Origin: a virus
Reading direction: 5' to 3' (one strand)
Length of the DNA: 64,000 nucleotides
IMG/VR virus record: IMGVR_UViG_3300028394_000045
Span: 1 to 64,000 of that record
Position 1 is the stretch's first letter, and every line of letters begins with the position of its first letter. This document shows positions 28,280 through 37,100 of this stretch, piece by piece. A model generated the notes under the pieces. The model searched no databases, was not told the DNA's origin, and saw only the letters and a program-made list of their open reading frames with translations. The translations under genes were made by a program, and so were the position numbers.

Positions 28280-28921
28280 TTACGCTGCGCCAGCGCCTGT
28301 TACCACGTCGCCTATTGTTCTGCCAATCACACCACCAATGCCCGAGTCAGTGAGACCGTTGGGACCAAGCTGAGCAGCATTGTCATAAGCAATTGTCATA
28401 CTCACTGTGACTGCTTCGTTGGTGCCATAATTCATAGCACCGTAGTCCGCAGCTTTGAGGTAGCAGCCATACAGTTCCCAAGATTCCAACACCACCGGTG
28501 TGCTGGCTCCGTTGCCACCGTCTAATATTTCAAATCTTGTGACAAACTTGTAGTCGATACCACTGGCAGCACTGGACATCTCCAGGAAGTCCATCTGCTT
28601 CTGTAGCTGTTCGCCAACCAGTTTAGACACTGAGTTGGAAGCATCATCACGCACTTCACACACTGTATCTGTCCAGCTATGACGTCCGGCCAATTTCAGT
28701 GTGCTGTTGTAGATTGGCACTAATATTTCTTCAAAACTAAGATTTGGTCGTGCAAAACTGATTACCTGTTTGGTCAATTCAGTTGTGGGTGTTGAAACAC
28801 CAAAGTTATCAAACATCACTCTAAAGCGATATCTGAGTTTAGGCATCAACAAGCCTTGGGTTGATGAGCTCTGGTCACTTGCCAAGGGTACTGTCATGCG
28901 CTGTAATGATGAAACTGCCAT
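28280..28921 (-). CDS. gp19: tail tube protein, gp19-like
   Basis: YRFRV, RPNLSFEE, AGRHSW, WELYGCY, MTIAYDNA; directly after the sheath gene. Confidence 0.8.
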   Translation of the reverse strand: MAVSSLQRMTVPLASDQSSSTQGLLMPKLRYRFRVMFDNFGVSTPTTELTKQVISFARPNLSFEEILVPIYNSTLKLAGRHSWTDTVCEVRDDASNSVSKLVGEQLQKQMDFLEMSSAASGIDYKFVTRFEILDGGNGASTPVVLESWELYGCYLKAADYGAMNYGTNEAVTVSMTIAYDNAAQLGPNGLTDSGIGGVIGRTIGDVVTGAGAA

Positions 28922-28957
28922 TTGTTATCTCTCCTATATGTTTATTTACCTTTGAGA

Positions 28958-28979
28958 AGAGGCTGAAAAATCAGCCTCT
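28958..28979 (-). terminator. hairpin/terminator between sheath and tube genes
   Basis: 9-bp inverted repeat AGAGGCTGA/TCAGCCTCT; tube late promoter TAAATA at 28943-28948 lies just downstream. Confidence 0.5.
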
Positions 28980-28990
28980 AACTTTGATCA

Positions 28991-31900
28991 TTACGTACCA
29001 GCAGCAATTGCACCAGTGTTCTTGATGCGCAGAGGAATGTAGATAAACTCCACAGCCTTCACTGGTTCGATAGCAATGTCCACCCACAGCTCGTTCCTGT
29101 CAATACGTGCAGGAGTGTTATTGCTCAAGTCACATACCACCAGGTAGTCATAAATCGCGCGTTTGGCTACCAAGTCAATCATCAAGCTGTTGCACAGATT
29201 GGCGATAGAATTACGTGTGATCTGATCGTTAGGTTCAAACAAGAACAACTTACCAACTTCTTCCAATCGGCCACGCAAGAAGCAAACCAGTCGTGCCACG
29301 TTGATACGATCCAACGCTGTGGTTGTGGTTGTGGTAGTCTTGTTACCAAAGTTGGTAATACCAATTCCTGGAATGAACGTGATCGGATTGATGTTGCGTT
29401 CATACAGGATATCTCGCACACTTTGGCTCACACCAATCTGTGTGAATTCGCCAGTGGTAGCGTTGATATAACCAATGGCTGTGGCATTATCCACCACACC
29501 GCGACGTGTTCCTGCCGGGGCCAACCATGGATAACTCACAGCGTCTGAACGCAAGATAGTGCGAACCATCATGTGGCTTGGAGGTTGTACCACTGTGTTT
29601 CCGCCCAGGTCGTTGGTCAAGCAACTGGGATAGAACGCTCCGGCATAGTTACTGGTGCTGCTGTTGCCATCTTCTGTTGGCAGGCCTAGTCCGTTGTTGT
29701 TGGTAGCCCAATCAACCAAGCTGTTGCCATCTGGTCCTAAACGCATGGGAGTATCTGCAACCACGAACAATGTGTTGTTGCGTTCGTTGCTGAGTGCAAT
29801 CATGTTTGGAGTCAGTTCAGGATATGCTGGTGTAGCAATCAAGTTGTACTGATTCTGTTCTTCTCTAGCAGCTAAACTGGTATCAATACCACTCTTCATT
29901 GCAGCAACCACCATCTTGCGTTGGGCCAGGCGACCACCATACATGGCGCCGTTTGGACGATTGCCAGACGCTGTGAGCCAAGTGTTGAGCACAATCTCAT
30001 CCCAGTACGCTGTGTTGCTTGGAGCATTCCCTGTGCCAGCAGCAGTGGCCACATAGATGCCGTTGTTGTAGCTAACAAAGTCATTCACAGCATAGGCGGT
30101 AGTGCTCGAATATGCACTGATGCTGTAGTCGGTAGCTGTGGTAGTGAAGTAATTCAGTTGGAAAGTCTTCACATTGTATCCGCTGCGACGTGTGTTCCAT
30201 AGCAACATGCCCTGTGGATACAATGCAGGATCGGGCGCATCTGGATCTAAATAATCACTTACCAGCAAGCTGGTTATAGTGGGCAATGGGTCAGCCACAG
30301 GATCTGTAGTGCCGTTTGGTGCCCAACGAGCATCTGCAAACAAGATACCATCTTGAGTGGTCTGGTCTGTGGTATTGATTTCTACCCATTGATCAATGCC
30401 GCTGGCTGATTCCCAACGATACAGTTTAGGATAGTTTTCTAGGTCGCCGGTATCCACCCATAGGTCACCATAAACCAATGGTGATTCTGCTGTGTCATTT
30501 TGTGTGACAGGTGCAGTAGCTGATACAATCGGTCCTGACGCATTTGTGTTTGTAAGATCGTATCCACGGACATCATTGCTGACGTTTTGATAACCTTGCC
30601 ATGTTCCATTGTCTTGGATCATGATATCGCAATCATCCACAGAACTGTAGTACCACATGCGTCCGTCAGCTGGACTTTGGTACGGTGATGTGTCGCTTGC
30701 GGTGTAGGTGAACAATGGTGAAGTCACAAAGTTGCTGAGCACTAATCTTCCACTGGTTGAGCTAGATGGTTTTACTTTGGGAGTACTGGTGCTGAAACCA
30801 GCAGTTGTTATTGGCGTTCCAGTGAGATTTTGAAGCTGGATAACACCACCTTGACTATGGGTGAATACGATATTGCCTGCAGAATTTACACTAGCGCTCA
30901 CGTATGGGATAGCAGCGGCACTGACTGCGCTGATAAAGTCAGCCACAGTACCAGTGCCGCCAATAGTTACTGTTGCGGAATTGGCTGCTGATGATCCGGG
31001 TTCAGAACCTCGCAGATTAAAAGTATTTCCCACAACAAATGCAGTTCCAGTCGGAGTGGTTGTTCCTGTCACAATGGTGGCACCTAATGCTATACGTTCA
31101 AAAATTTGAAGTGACATAACTTCATTGGGAGTATATGTTACCTGTTCAGAATCATAAGCTACGTAGGTTGTGCCAACAGGAATATTTTTGCCTCCTCCAG
31201 TTGGATCTAATCCAAAGATTGCTGTTAGGTCACTTGAATATGCTGGAACAGCTTGTGCAATCCATAAATCCAATGCGGTACTATAACTTTTAAGTGATAA
31301 AGAAATGCCATTATTTGCAGCACTGAGATTATTCCATACAGAGCCAGTTGGCCGCGGAACATCATCTGTGGTTCTCCAACGTGGTGCTTGGTAACTATAT
31401 CCTGGGAAATAGATAGGTGTGTAGTACTCACCTTCGGTTATACCTAAAGTAGTCAACAATGCTGCACCACTATTTGGTCCTGGTTGAATGACCACATGTC
31501 CTTCACCGGCAGTGGATCCATCGCTGGTGGCAAGAGAATTAGCATAGATGTTCAGCTGTCCGCTGACCGCGGCTGCTGTGACACCAGCGATAGCTGCTGC
31601 ATTGATCACTGCTGCAAAGCCAGTCACAGTGTTTGTGGCACCAACAGTGACCAAATTGCCGTTAATGTACATGTTGTAACCCACGGTCAAGCTGCTGGGT
31701 GCATTTGTGCCAGTGATAGTAGGATACGATGTTTGCCAGGCTCGAGATCCCAGTGCAACCCATGTATTGCTGCTATTTTTATAATAACCGTCTAGATACG
31801 TTGATACAGCAGATATCGCATAGTCACCAATGCTGCCAATTGATTGTTGAGGTGCATAGTCACCACCACTGTAATTTACCACATCGGCGGTATCGGTTAT

Positions 31901-32389
31901 TACCATTGGAGTCATGACATCAAAAGTATTTGTATCTGCATTCCACTCTTGAATACCCCATATAGATGACGAAGTGTCTAACCAAAATGCTCCGTTGGCA
32001 GGGTTACCAGTTGGGCGAGTTAGACTGGCTGTAAGGTCAGTAAGATTGATATCTGCACGCTGGATATACGCACGATTGGTCACGCCTAACGCACTGTATG
32101 CTGCTAATAGTCCATATTCATTGAGCTCATAGCCATTGATTGGAGTGCCTGTTGTGGTGTTGTAGAAGAATGGAACACCAAATGTAGCAGTAAGATCACG
32201 CTGACTGGTGATGAGATAAGTTTTGTTAGCATTGGCTGCTGTGGTACCTGCTGCTACTGTGACGCCGTCACCGGACACTTTGTTCTGTGCGGTAGCGATC
32301 ACGAAATAAGGTACGGTATTGACCGCAGATGGAATGTATTGGCTTTCGTCAATTACAATTACTTCTACGCCGGGTGATGTTAAAGCCAT
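28991..32389 (-). CDS. gp18: contractile tail sheath protein, gp18-like, with long insertion domains
   Basis: SPGVEVIVIDES start; WLAPAGTRRG, LYERNINPI, RINVARL, FEPND, IDRNELWVDIAIEPVKAVEFIYI. Confidence 0.93.
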   Translation of the reverse strand: MALTSPGVEVIVIDESQYIPSAVNTVPYFVIATAQNKVSGDGVTVAAGTTAANANKTYLITSQRDLTATFGVPFFYNTTTGTPINGYELNEYGLLAAYSALGVTNRAYIQRADINLTDLTASLTRPTGNPANGAFWLDTSSSIWGIQEWNADTNTFDVMTPMVITDTADVVNYSGGDYAPQQSIGSIGDYAISAVSTYLDGYYKNSSNTWVALGSRAWQTSYPTITGTNAPSSLTVGYNMYINGNLVTVGATNTVTGFAAVINAAAIAGVTAAAVSGQLNIYANSLATSDGSTAGEGHVVIQPGPNSGAALLTTLGITEGEYYTPIYFPGYSYQAPRWRTTDDVPRPTGSVWNNLSAANNGISLSLKSYSTALDLWIAQAVPAYSSDLTAIFGLDPTGGGKNIPVGTTYVAYDSEQVTYTPNEVMSLQIFERIALGATIVTGTTTPTGTAFVVGNTFNLRGSEPGSSAANSATVTIGGTGTVADFISAVSAAAIPYVSASVNSAGNIVFTHSQGGVIQLQNLTGTPITTAGFSTSTPKVKPSSSTSGRLVLSNFVTSPLFTYTASDTSPYQSPADGRMWYYSSVDDCDIMIQDNGTWQGYQNVSNDVRGYDLTNTNASGPIVSATAPVTQNDTAESPLVYGDLWVDTGDLENYPKLYRWESASGIDQWVEINTTDQTTQDGILFADARWAPNGTTDPVADPLPTITSLLVSDYLDPDAPDPALYPQGMLLWNTRRSGYNVKTFQLNYFTTTATDYSISAYSSTTAYAVNDFVSYNNGIYVATAAGTGNAPSNTAYWDEIVLNTWLTASGNRPNGAMYGGRLAQRKMVVAAMKSGIDTSLAAREEQNQYNLIATPAYPELTPNMIALSNERNNTLFVVADTPMRLGPDGNSLVDWATNNNGLGLPTEDGNSSTSNYAGAFYPSCLTNDLGGNTVVQPPSHMMVRTILRSDAVSYPWLAPAGTRRGVVDNATAIGYINATTGEFTQIGVSQSVRDILYERNINPITFIPGIGITNFGNKTTTTTTTALDRINVARLVCFLRGRLEEVGKLFLFEPNDQITRNSIANLCNSLMIDLVAKRAIYDYLVVCDLSNNTPARIDRNELWVDIAIEPVKAVEFIYIPLRIKNTGAIAAGT

Positions 32390-32484
32390 AGTGGTTTCCT
32401 TTTCAAGTTACTGATATTTATGGGCAACATCAAAAAATGCCACGATACAGCACCCTTTGGCAAAGGTCCATAGGTAAATAATCC

Positions 32485-32829
32485 ATGAGACCTATCTGCC
32501 AAGCCTGCGGCCAACGACCTTGTGCTGTGAATTACATCCGTGAAGATGTCAAACACTATAGAAAACGCTGTGAAACATGTGCAAGGAAGAATCGTGGAAT
32601 CCGACCACGAGAACCGCGCTGGAAATCAGCGGGCTATAAAAAGAAGATGAGCTGTGATCGCTGCGGATTCCGAGCCAGATATGCCAGCCAGATACTGGTG
32701 TATCACCAGGACGGTGATCTCAACAATGCAGCACTGAAAAATCTCAAATCAGTGTGCAAAAACTGTGTGGAGGAGCTGCTTAGATCTGACTTGCCTTGGC
32801 GGCCTGGAGATCTTGAGCCGGATGTATAG
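32485..32829 (+). CDS. zinc-finger / degenerate HNH-like protein
   Basis: multiple CxxC pairs, HQDGDLNN...NLKSVCKNC; gTAAATAatccATG upstream. Confidence 0.6.
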   Translation: MRPICQACGQRPCAVNYIREDVKHYRKRCETCARKNRGIRPREPRWKSAGYKKKMSCDRCGFRARYASQILVYHQDGDLNNAALKNLKSVCKNCVEELLRSDLPWRPGDLEPDV

Positions 32830-33454
32830 TCAGCTGCTGTATCTGTAGGTACAGGTCATCCAAGGACCCGTTGTTGTCCAGTACAGCATCAAACTTGGTA
32901 CCCACCCAGGCAGTTTCGCTGGCATGTATCTTGAGCCGTGCCAACTGTGATTTGCTAGTGGCCCATCGCATGTTGCCATTTTCTCCATGGTTGAATGCCA
33001 GTGCAGCATCGTACCATTCGGGCTCAGGCCCACGAACTACACGTACCACTTGGCCGCCGGCACGTTTGATAGCAGCAATTTCATTTGGGAATCTACAGTC
33101 TGAAATCACCACATCATCCTGGCTGTGGCGCAGTTTGTTTTCCAAGCTGGCAATCCAGATATCGTCGTGGAACCCATGTCTGCATACCTCTGTGCCCCAG
33201 TGCTGTAGCACCCATCTAGGAGTGAGCTCGGGCATTTTTAAACGATCTGACCACCATAAATCTAATTGTTCTCGCCATTCACGGGCTTGTTTTGTGCGCC
33301 CTTCCAGCATGGTTCTATCCCAGCCAAAAACTTGTGCCACAGCATCTTTGAGGCTGTTGGCAAAACTTTCTCTACGGAATTCGTGAAAATTGGTGAGATA
33401 GTCTGCCACTGTGTCTTTGCCGGATCCTATGAATCCACAGATGCCTATGATCAT
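32780..33454 (-). CDS. gp1: deoxynucleoside monophosphate kinase, T4 gp1-like
   Basis: IIGICGFIGSGKDT, SFANSLKD, TPRWVLQHWGTE, ISDCRFPNE, HASE. Confidence 0.9.
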   Translation of the reverse strand: MIIGICGFIGSGKDTVADYLTNFHEFRRESFANSLKDAVAQVFGWDRTMLEGRTKQAREWREQLDLWWSDRLKMPELTPRWVLQHWGTEVCRHGFHDDIWIASLENKLRHSQDDVVISDCRFPNEIAAIKRAGGQVVRVVRGPEPEWYDAALAFNHGENGNMRWATSKSQLARLKIHASETAWVGTKFDAVLDNNGSLDDLYLQIQQLTIHPAQDLQAAKASQI

Positions 33455-33975
33455 TTTAATTCCTTGACGTTGAGATGTTTCAATGTTGCCTGCAACATGT
33501 CAATCTGCCTGCGACAATCTTCCAGTGCATGATGGCTGGTAGCAGGACGAGGCAGATCGGGCCACAAACTATATATGGTTCTGGCATCGCGTACCACGTA
33601 GAATTGCCAGGGCAGGGGCTTGCCATAGCTTTTGTAGGCATGCTCAATGATGTTCATGTCGTAAGTGGGGCCGTTGGCCCAGATCAACTTGCTTTGCCAT
33701 ATAAACTTGGCCAGCTCGTCCAGTGCCTGGTCTAAGGGTATGCGGCCTTGTTCGTTGAATGCTTCGTCCCGTGCTGCTGCTGGTTGAGTAGCCCACCAGT
33801 CTATGGTACTTTGTTGTATGCTGCGATTGGCCTGGCTTTCTAAGTCAATTCTAGCATAGTAGAATCGTTCATGATAGCCGGAGCCTACAGGATCAAAACT
33901 TTGGGCTGCAATGGTCAGGATAGTGGTATCCGGTCCAGTGCCCAATCCTTCAATGTCAATCATTAAATCTGCCAT
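33451..33975 (-). CDS. DEDDh 3'-5' exonuclease (DexA-like)
   Basis: LMIDIEGL, WANGPTYD, VRDART, HHALEDC. Confidence 0.8.
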   Translation of the reverse strand: MADLMIDIEGLGTGPDTTILTIAAQSFDPVGSGYHERFYYARIDLESQANRSIQQSTIDWWATQPAAARDEAFNEQGRIPLDQALDELAKFIWQSKLIWANGPTYDMNIIEHAYKSYGKPLPWQFYVVRDARTIYSLWPDLPRPATSHHALEDCRRQIDMLQATLKHLNVKELK

Positions 33976-34010
33976 AGCACATTATAACACATGCCTATAG
34001 CGACAACGAC

Positions 34011-34781
34011 TCAACTGGTTATGTTGAATCCCACTTGTGTTTCAAACCATTCGGCCATACCAAAACTGGTGGGGTGGAATTTATCAATCTGCAACAGATT
34101 GCGTTCGGCACAGTATTCATATGGCGGCACTGGTACTGTGAATTTGGTCCAATCTACCATGCTGTACAAAGTGGATGTGGTGTCTATTTTGCCAAGACAA
34201 TGTTCCAATGCCAACCAACGTGGCCAACGATCTGTGCCTATGTTGCGGCGACGGGTGTTGGTCACCTTGTCCACCACTTCCTCGTAACTCTGATGCACAT
34301 CGTATATAAAACACATGCTATAATTCACATCGCGAGAATTCAGCAGTTCTTGTGTTTCCAAGATAGCTGCCAGCGTGGAATCTGTGGCAGATCTTGATGT
34401 CTGATTCACATACTGCTCTCGGAATTGAGACTTAACCTGTATTGGACAGTGGTCATCTGACTGCCAACTGCTGCCCATGCCACCGGATAGGTACCAGGCC
34501 CAATCTTCCAATACTGACACATATGGATACGTGTCCGGCAATTTTTCATGCACAATTTTTTCAATTGGAATGTCTATGCGGTTTATTCCGGACCACATGA
34601 CTAACACATGATCGTATTTGCCCCTGGGCAGTTGGTGTCGTAATCGGGCTGCAATGGCCCTGTTGCCCGCAGCAGCATCTCCAAAAAAATGAAATCGTTC
34701 CAGATTGACTGTAGGAGCCGGATGAGAATATCCTGCTGCGATGCCAGCAAAACTGCAACCTACTATCAGAGTTGGATTCAT
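34011..34781 (-). CDS. hypothetical protein with SGNH-like motifs
   Basis: IVGCSF, GNRAIA, VMWSGINRID, DKFHPT. Confidence 0.5.
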   Translation of the reverse strand: MNPTLIVGCSFAGIAAGYSHPAPTVNLERFHFFGDAAAGNRAIAARLRHQLPRGKYDHVLVMWSGINRIDIPIEKIVHEKLPDTYPYVSVLEDWAWYLSGGMGSSWQSDDHCPIQVKSQFREQYVNQTSRSATDSTLAAILETQELLNSRDVNYSMCFIYDVHQSYEEVVDKVTNTRRRNIGTDRWPRWLALEHCLGKIDTTSTLYSMVDWTKFTVPVPPYEYCAERNLLQIDKFHPTSFGMAEWFETQVGFNITS

Positions 34782-34783
34782 GA

Positions 34784-35545
34784 TCAACCAATCACAAAGG
34801 TGATGGGCTGCGCTCCGTCGATGTACCTGCGAAGATCTTCGAGCAATAGATCTATCTGTGTTTGAGCTTCGGCTTTCATGGCAGTGCCGTTTAGGGTGCC
34901 GCCACCTTGTGGGCCAGCGATAGTACCAAATTTCTCACGTGCTTCGCCAATGATCATCTTGCAGCCAGCCACCATGTAATCTCGTATCCATTGCTGTATC
35001 TGATAGTCGCTCAACAGATTGATTTCGGGTTTGAGCTGATAACACCAGATCAACACATTCTCTCCGGTGTTTTTGGGATCACGGATCAGTTGCAGTTTTT
35101 TATTCACTGGATTCCATGTGTAGTTCATGAACCCACCGAACATCTTGGCCGCCAGTTCCACATACTGGCTGTAGAAATCGTATGTGGCCAGGCCACCTGC
35201 CACGTTGAAGTTCATGAGATACACATTGATCGACGCCTGTGCAAAAGGATCAAAGTTTGATGCGAAAGGACCAGTAGCATCACCAAATGTGCGACGGAAT
35301 ATCTGTCTCACACTTTGCACTTCTTGCGGCAGTGTGTAGATGTTGAGATCTCGGATCAACTCCATGAAGATGTAGGCTTCTTCATATGCAGCATTGGACC
35401 GCTGTCTGAAAACACCTATGGCTCGCTGATATGCTGCTTCATAGTGTTCAGGATCCAACTCAAGATCGATTATCTGCCCGCCCAAGGTTAGGCGAGTGTA
35501 ATCAATCAGGGCTTGCTTGAGTTGTGGTAGTGTGTTGTCAGACAT
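34784..35545 (-). CDS. gp13: neck protein, T4 gp13-like
   Basis: RLTLGGQIIDLEL, YTLPQEV, WIRDY, AGPQGGGTLNG, FVIG end. Confidence 0.8.
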   Translation of the reverse strand: MSDNTLPQLKQALIDYTRLTLGGQIIDLELDPEHYEAAYQRAIGVFRQRSNAAYEEAYIFMELIRDLNIYTLPQEVQSVRQIFRRTFGDATGPFASNFDPFAQASINVYLMNFNVAGGLATYDFYSQYVELAAKMFGGFMNYTWNPVNKKLQLIRDPKNTGENVLIWCYQLKPEINLLSDYQIQQWIRDYMVAGCKMIIGEAREKFGTIAGPQGGGTLNGTAMKAEAQTQIDLLLEDLRRYIDGAQPITFVIG

Positions 35546-35573
35546 AAGGGGGAACTCCGTTCCCCCTTATTTA
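35544..35573 (-). promoter_or_regulatory. late promoter overlapping a 12-bp hairpin that covers the gp13 start region
   Basis: ATAAGGGGGAAC-GGA-GTTCCCCCTTAT(G); TAAATA at 35568-35573. Confidence 0.6.
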
Positions 35574-36719
35574 CCAGCTTTTGAGCACTAGCAGATTCTC
35601 GCTGCTGCGACCATTAAACTGAGTCTCAGTGGTGGTCAAGTCTTTGAAAATCTTTCTAGCAGCAGGCTTGCCCGCAGCTTGTATGGCCTTGATGGTCTCT
35701 GCGGGTTTGCGCACGGTCTTCTGCTGTGTCTCGCTCACAGAGAACCCAATGATCGAGCTGCTCTTGATGGTGAAACTGCCAGCATGGCTGTCTGCTACCA
35801 CATGGATCAGTTTGCGCTTCTTGGTGTCGTACAACCAAGCTTCGCTCTTGTCTACCAAGGATGCAGCCGGCAATCCTTTCAGCTTGAGCTCTGCAAATTC
35901 CACTTGATGCTTGAACTTGGCTGCTTTTTTCTCAGGACTCACAGGCTTGACCTTGCGCGGTTTGCGTTCCACTTTCTTGATCTGCACGTATGCGCCGCAG
36001 TCAGAGATCACAGACTCGCAGAACTTCACGATGTTTCTCAACTGCACCTTGGTGAGATAAGAATAACCTTCAACCAACTGAGAGTCTTTGCCAGCCACAA
36101 CCAGCTCAAAGTGGGCCAGTCGTGTTTTCCAGATGTCTGCAATGTGATACACCATCTGTGGTGCCACATTCATGCCGCGGATCTGTGCGATGGGTTTCCA
36201 GTCTGCTGACATCTTGCAGCCGGCAGCCACAAAGTCGTCAAACATGCCTTCTAGTTCGCCGGCACAATCCTTCATCTTTTCTCGCAGTCGATCTTGGATG
36301 TTGGGCTTGGCCACTGCTTCGGGCTCTGCCACTTCTACAGCAGCCTGATCTTTGATGGCCAACAAGTCTGCGATGAGATTGTCCAGTTTGATCTGTTCTT
36401 GGTCAGTGAGCTCCAGTCCCATCATGCTCATGCGGCACAGCCAGCCTGTGGTCAGTCGCACTTGGCTGTCGGGCAAGGTGCGCATTTTTTTAGCGTCCTT
36501 GACTCGTTTGTGTGCATCCAAGTAGGCCACGATCATTTCCTTGGCTTCTTTCTTGCCGTAGAAATAGTTGTACCAACCAAACGCATTGCTCATGGCACTG
36601 ATGCGATTTCTGTCTTGTTCGGGTTGCACACGCCACTCGGGTTCGTTGCCAACATACTTGGTGTCGGGGCTGCGCGGGTTCATCGATTTCAGTGCGACTT
36701 TAGCTGCTAGGGTTGCCAT
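35571..36719 (-). CDS. basic hypothetical protein (382 aa), early
   Basis: long ORF with an AAGGA SD and a sigma70-type promoter at 36749-36777; no motif recognised. Confidence 0.75.
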   Translation of the reverse strand: MATLAAKVALKSMNPRSPDTKYVGNEPEWRVQPEQDRNRISAMSNAFGWYNYFYGKKEAKEMIVAYLDAHKRVKDAKKMRTLPDSQVRLTTGWLCRMSMMGLELTDQEQIKLDNLIADLLAIKDQAAVEVAEPEAVAKPNIQDRLREKMKDCAGELEGMFDDFVAAGCKMSADWKPIAQIRGMNVAPQMVYHIADIWKTRLAHFELVVAGKDSQLVEGYSYLTKVQLRNIVKFCESVISDCGAYVQIKKVERKPRKVKPVSPEKKAAKFKHQVEFAELKLKGLPAASLVDKSEAWLYDTKKRKLIHVVADSHAGSFTIKSSSIIGFSVSETQQKTVRKPAETIKAIQAAGKPAARKIFKDLTTTETQFNGRSSENLLVLKSW

Positions 36720-36748
36720 GGAGTTCCTTTGCTAGTGTTTATGATGTA

Positions 36749-36777
36749 ATTATAGCACACTATGATTTTTTGGTCAA
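36749..36777 (-). promoter_or_regulatory. sigma70-type promoter TTGACC-N17-TATAAT, extended TG
   Basis: ggtcaa 36772-36777, attata 36749-36754. Confidence 0.75.
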
Positions 36778-37044
36778 GTCCGCGCACAACAGCACAAAGG
36801 TCATGTCTGATTGTCTGCGGAACATGATGTAGTAGGGTGTCTCTACGTTGCGTCCCCGTTTTCCAAAATACCCAAGCCAATCAGAGGTCGTGGCCGTCCA
36901 GCTGGTGCCCAAGCGACTTTGGCAGATCCGTTCAATCTGAGAAATTTTGTCTTTATGATCCCACCAGCCCTCAAACCGCAAGCCAGATTCATACCCGGCT
37001 TCTTTGTGCGGACGGTATCTGCGATCCAGCTTTATGACTTTCAT
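36760..37044 (-). CDS. small hypothetical early protein
   Basis: ATG 6 nt after the TATAAT of its own promoter. Confidence 0.6.
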   Translation of the reverse strand: MKVIKLDRRYRPHKEAGYESGLRFEGWWDHKDKISQIERICQSRLGTSWTATTSDWLGYFGKRGRNVETPYYIMFRRQSDMTFVLLCADLTKKS

Positions 37045-37050
37045 GTGAGT

Positions 37051-37079
37051 ATTATAACTGAAACAGAATTTCCGGTCAA
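37051..37079 (-). promoter_or_regulatory. sigma70-type promoter TTGACC-N17-TATAAT
   Basis: ggtcaa 37074-37079, attata 37051-37056; back-to-back with a plus-strand ATAAATA at 37087-37093. Confidence 0.7.
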
Positions 37080-37100
37080 CCTGCCCATAAATAACACACT

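Noticed and set aside
32390-32484. tRNA or ncRNA in intergenic gaps (also 59987-60096, 56103-56219)
   Set aside because: No cloverleaf or T-loop consensus; gaps are explained by promoters, RBSs and short hairpins
32485-32829. HNH-like gene as a mobile homing endonuclease
   Set aside because: Motif is degenerate (final His absent), the gene is short and free-standing with its own late promoter, and no interrupted gene or intron is evident
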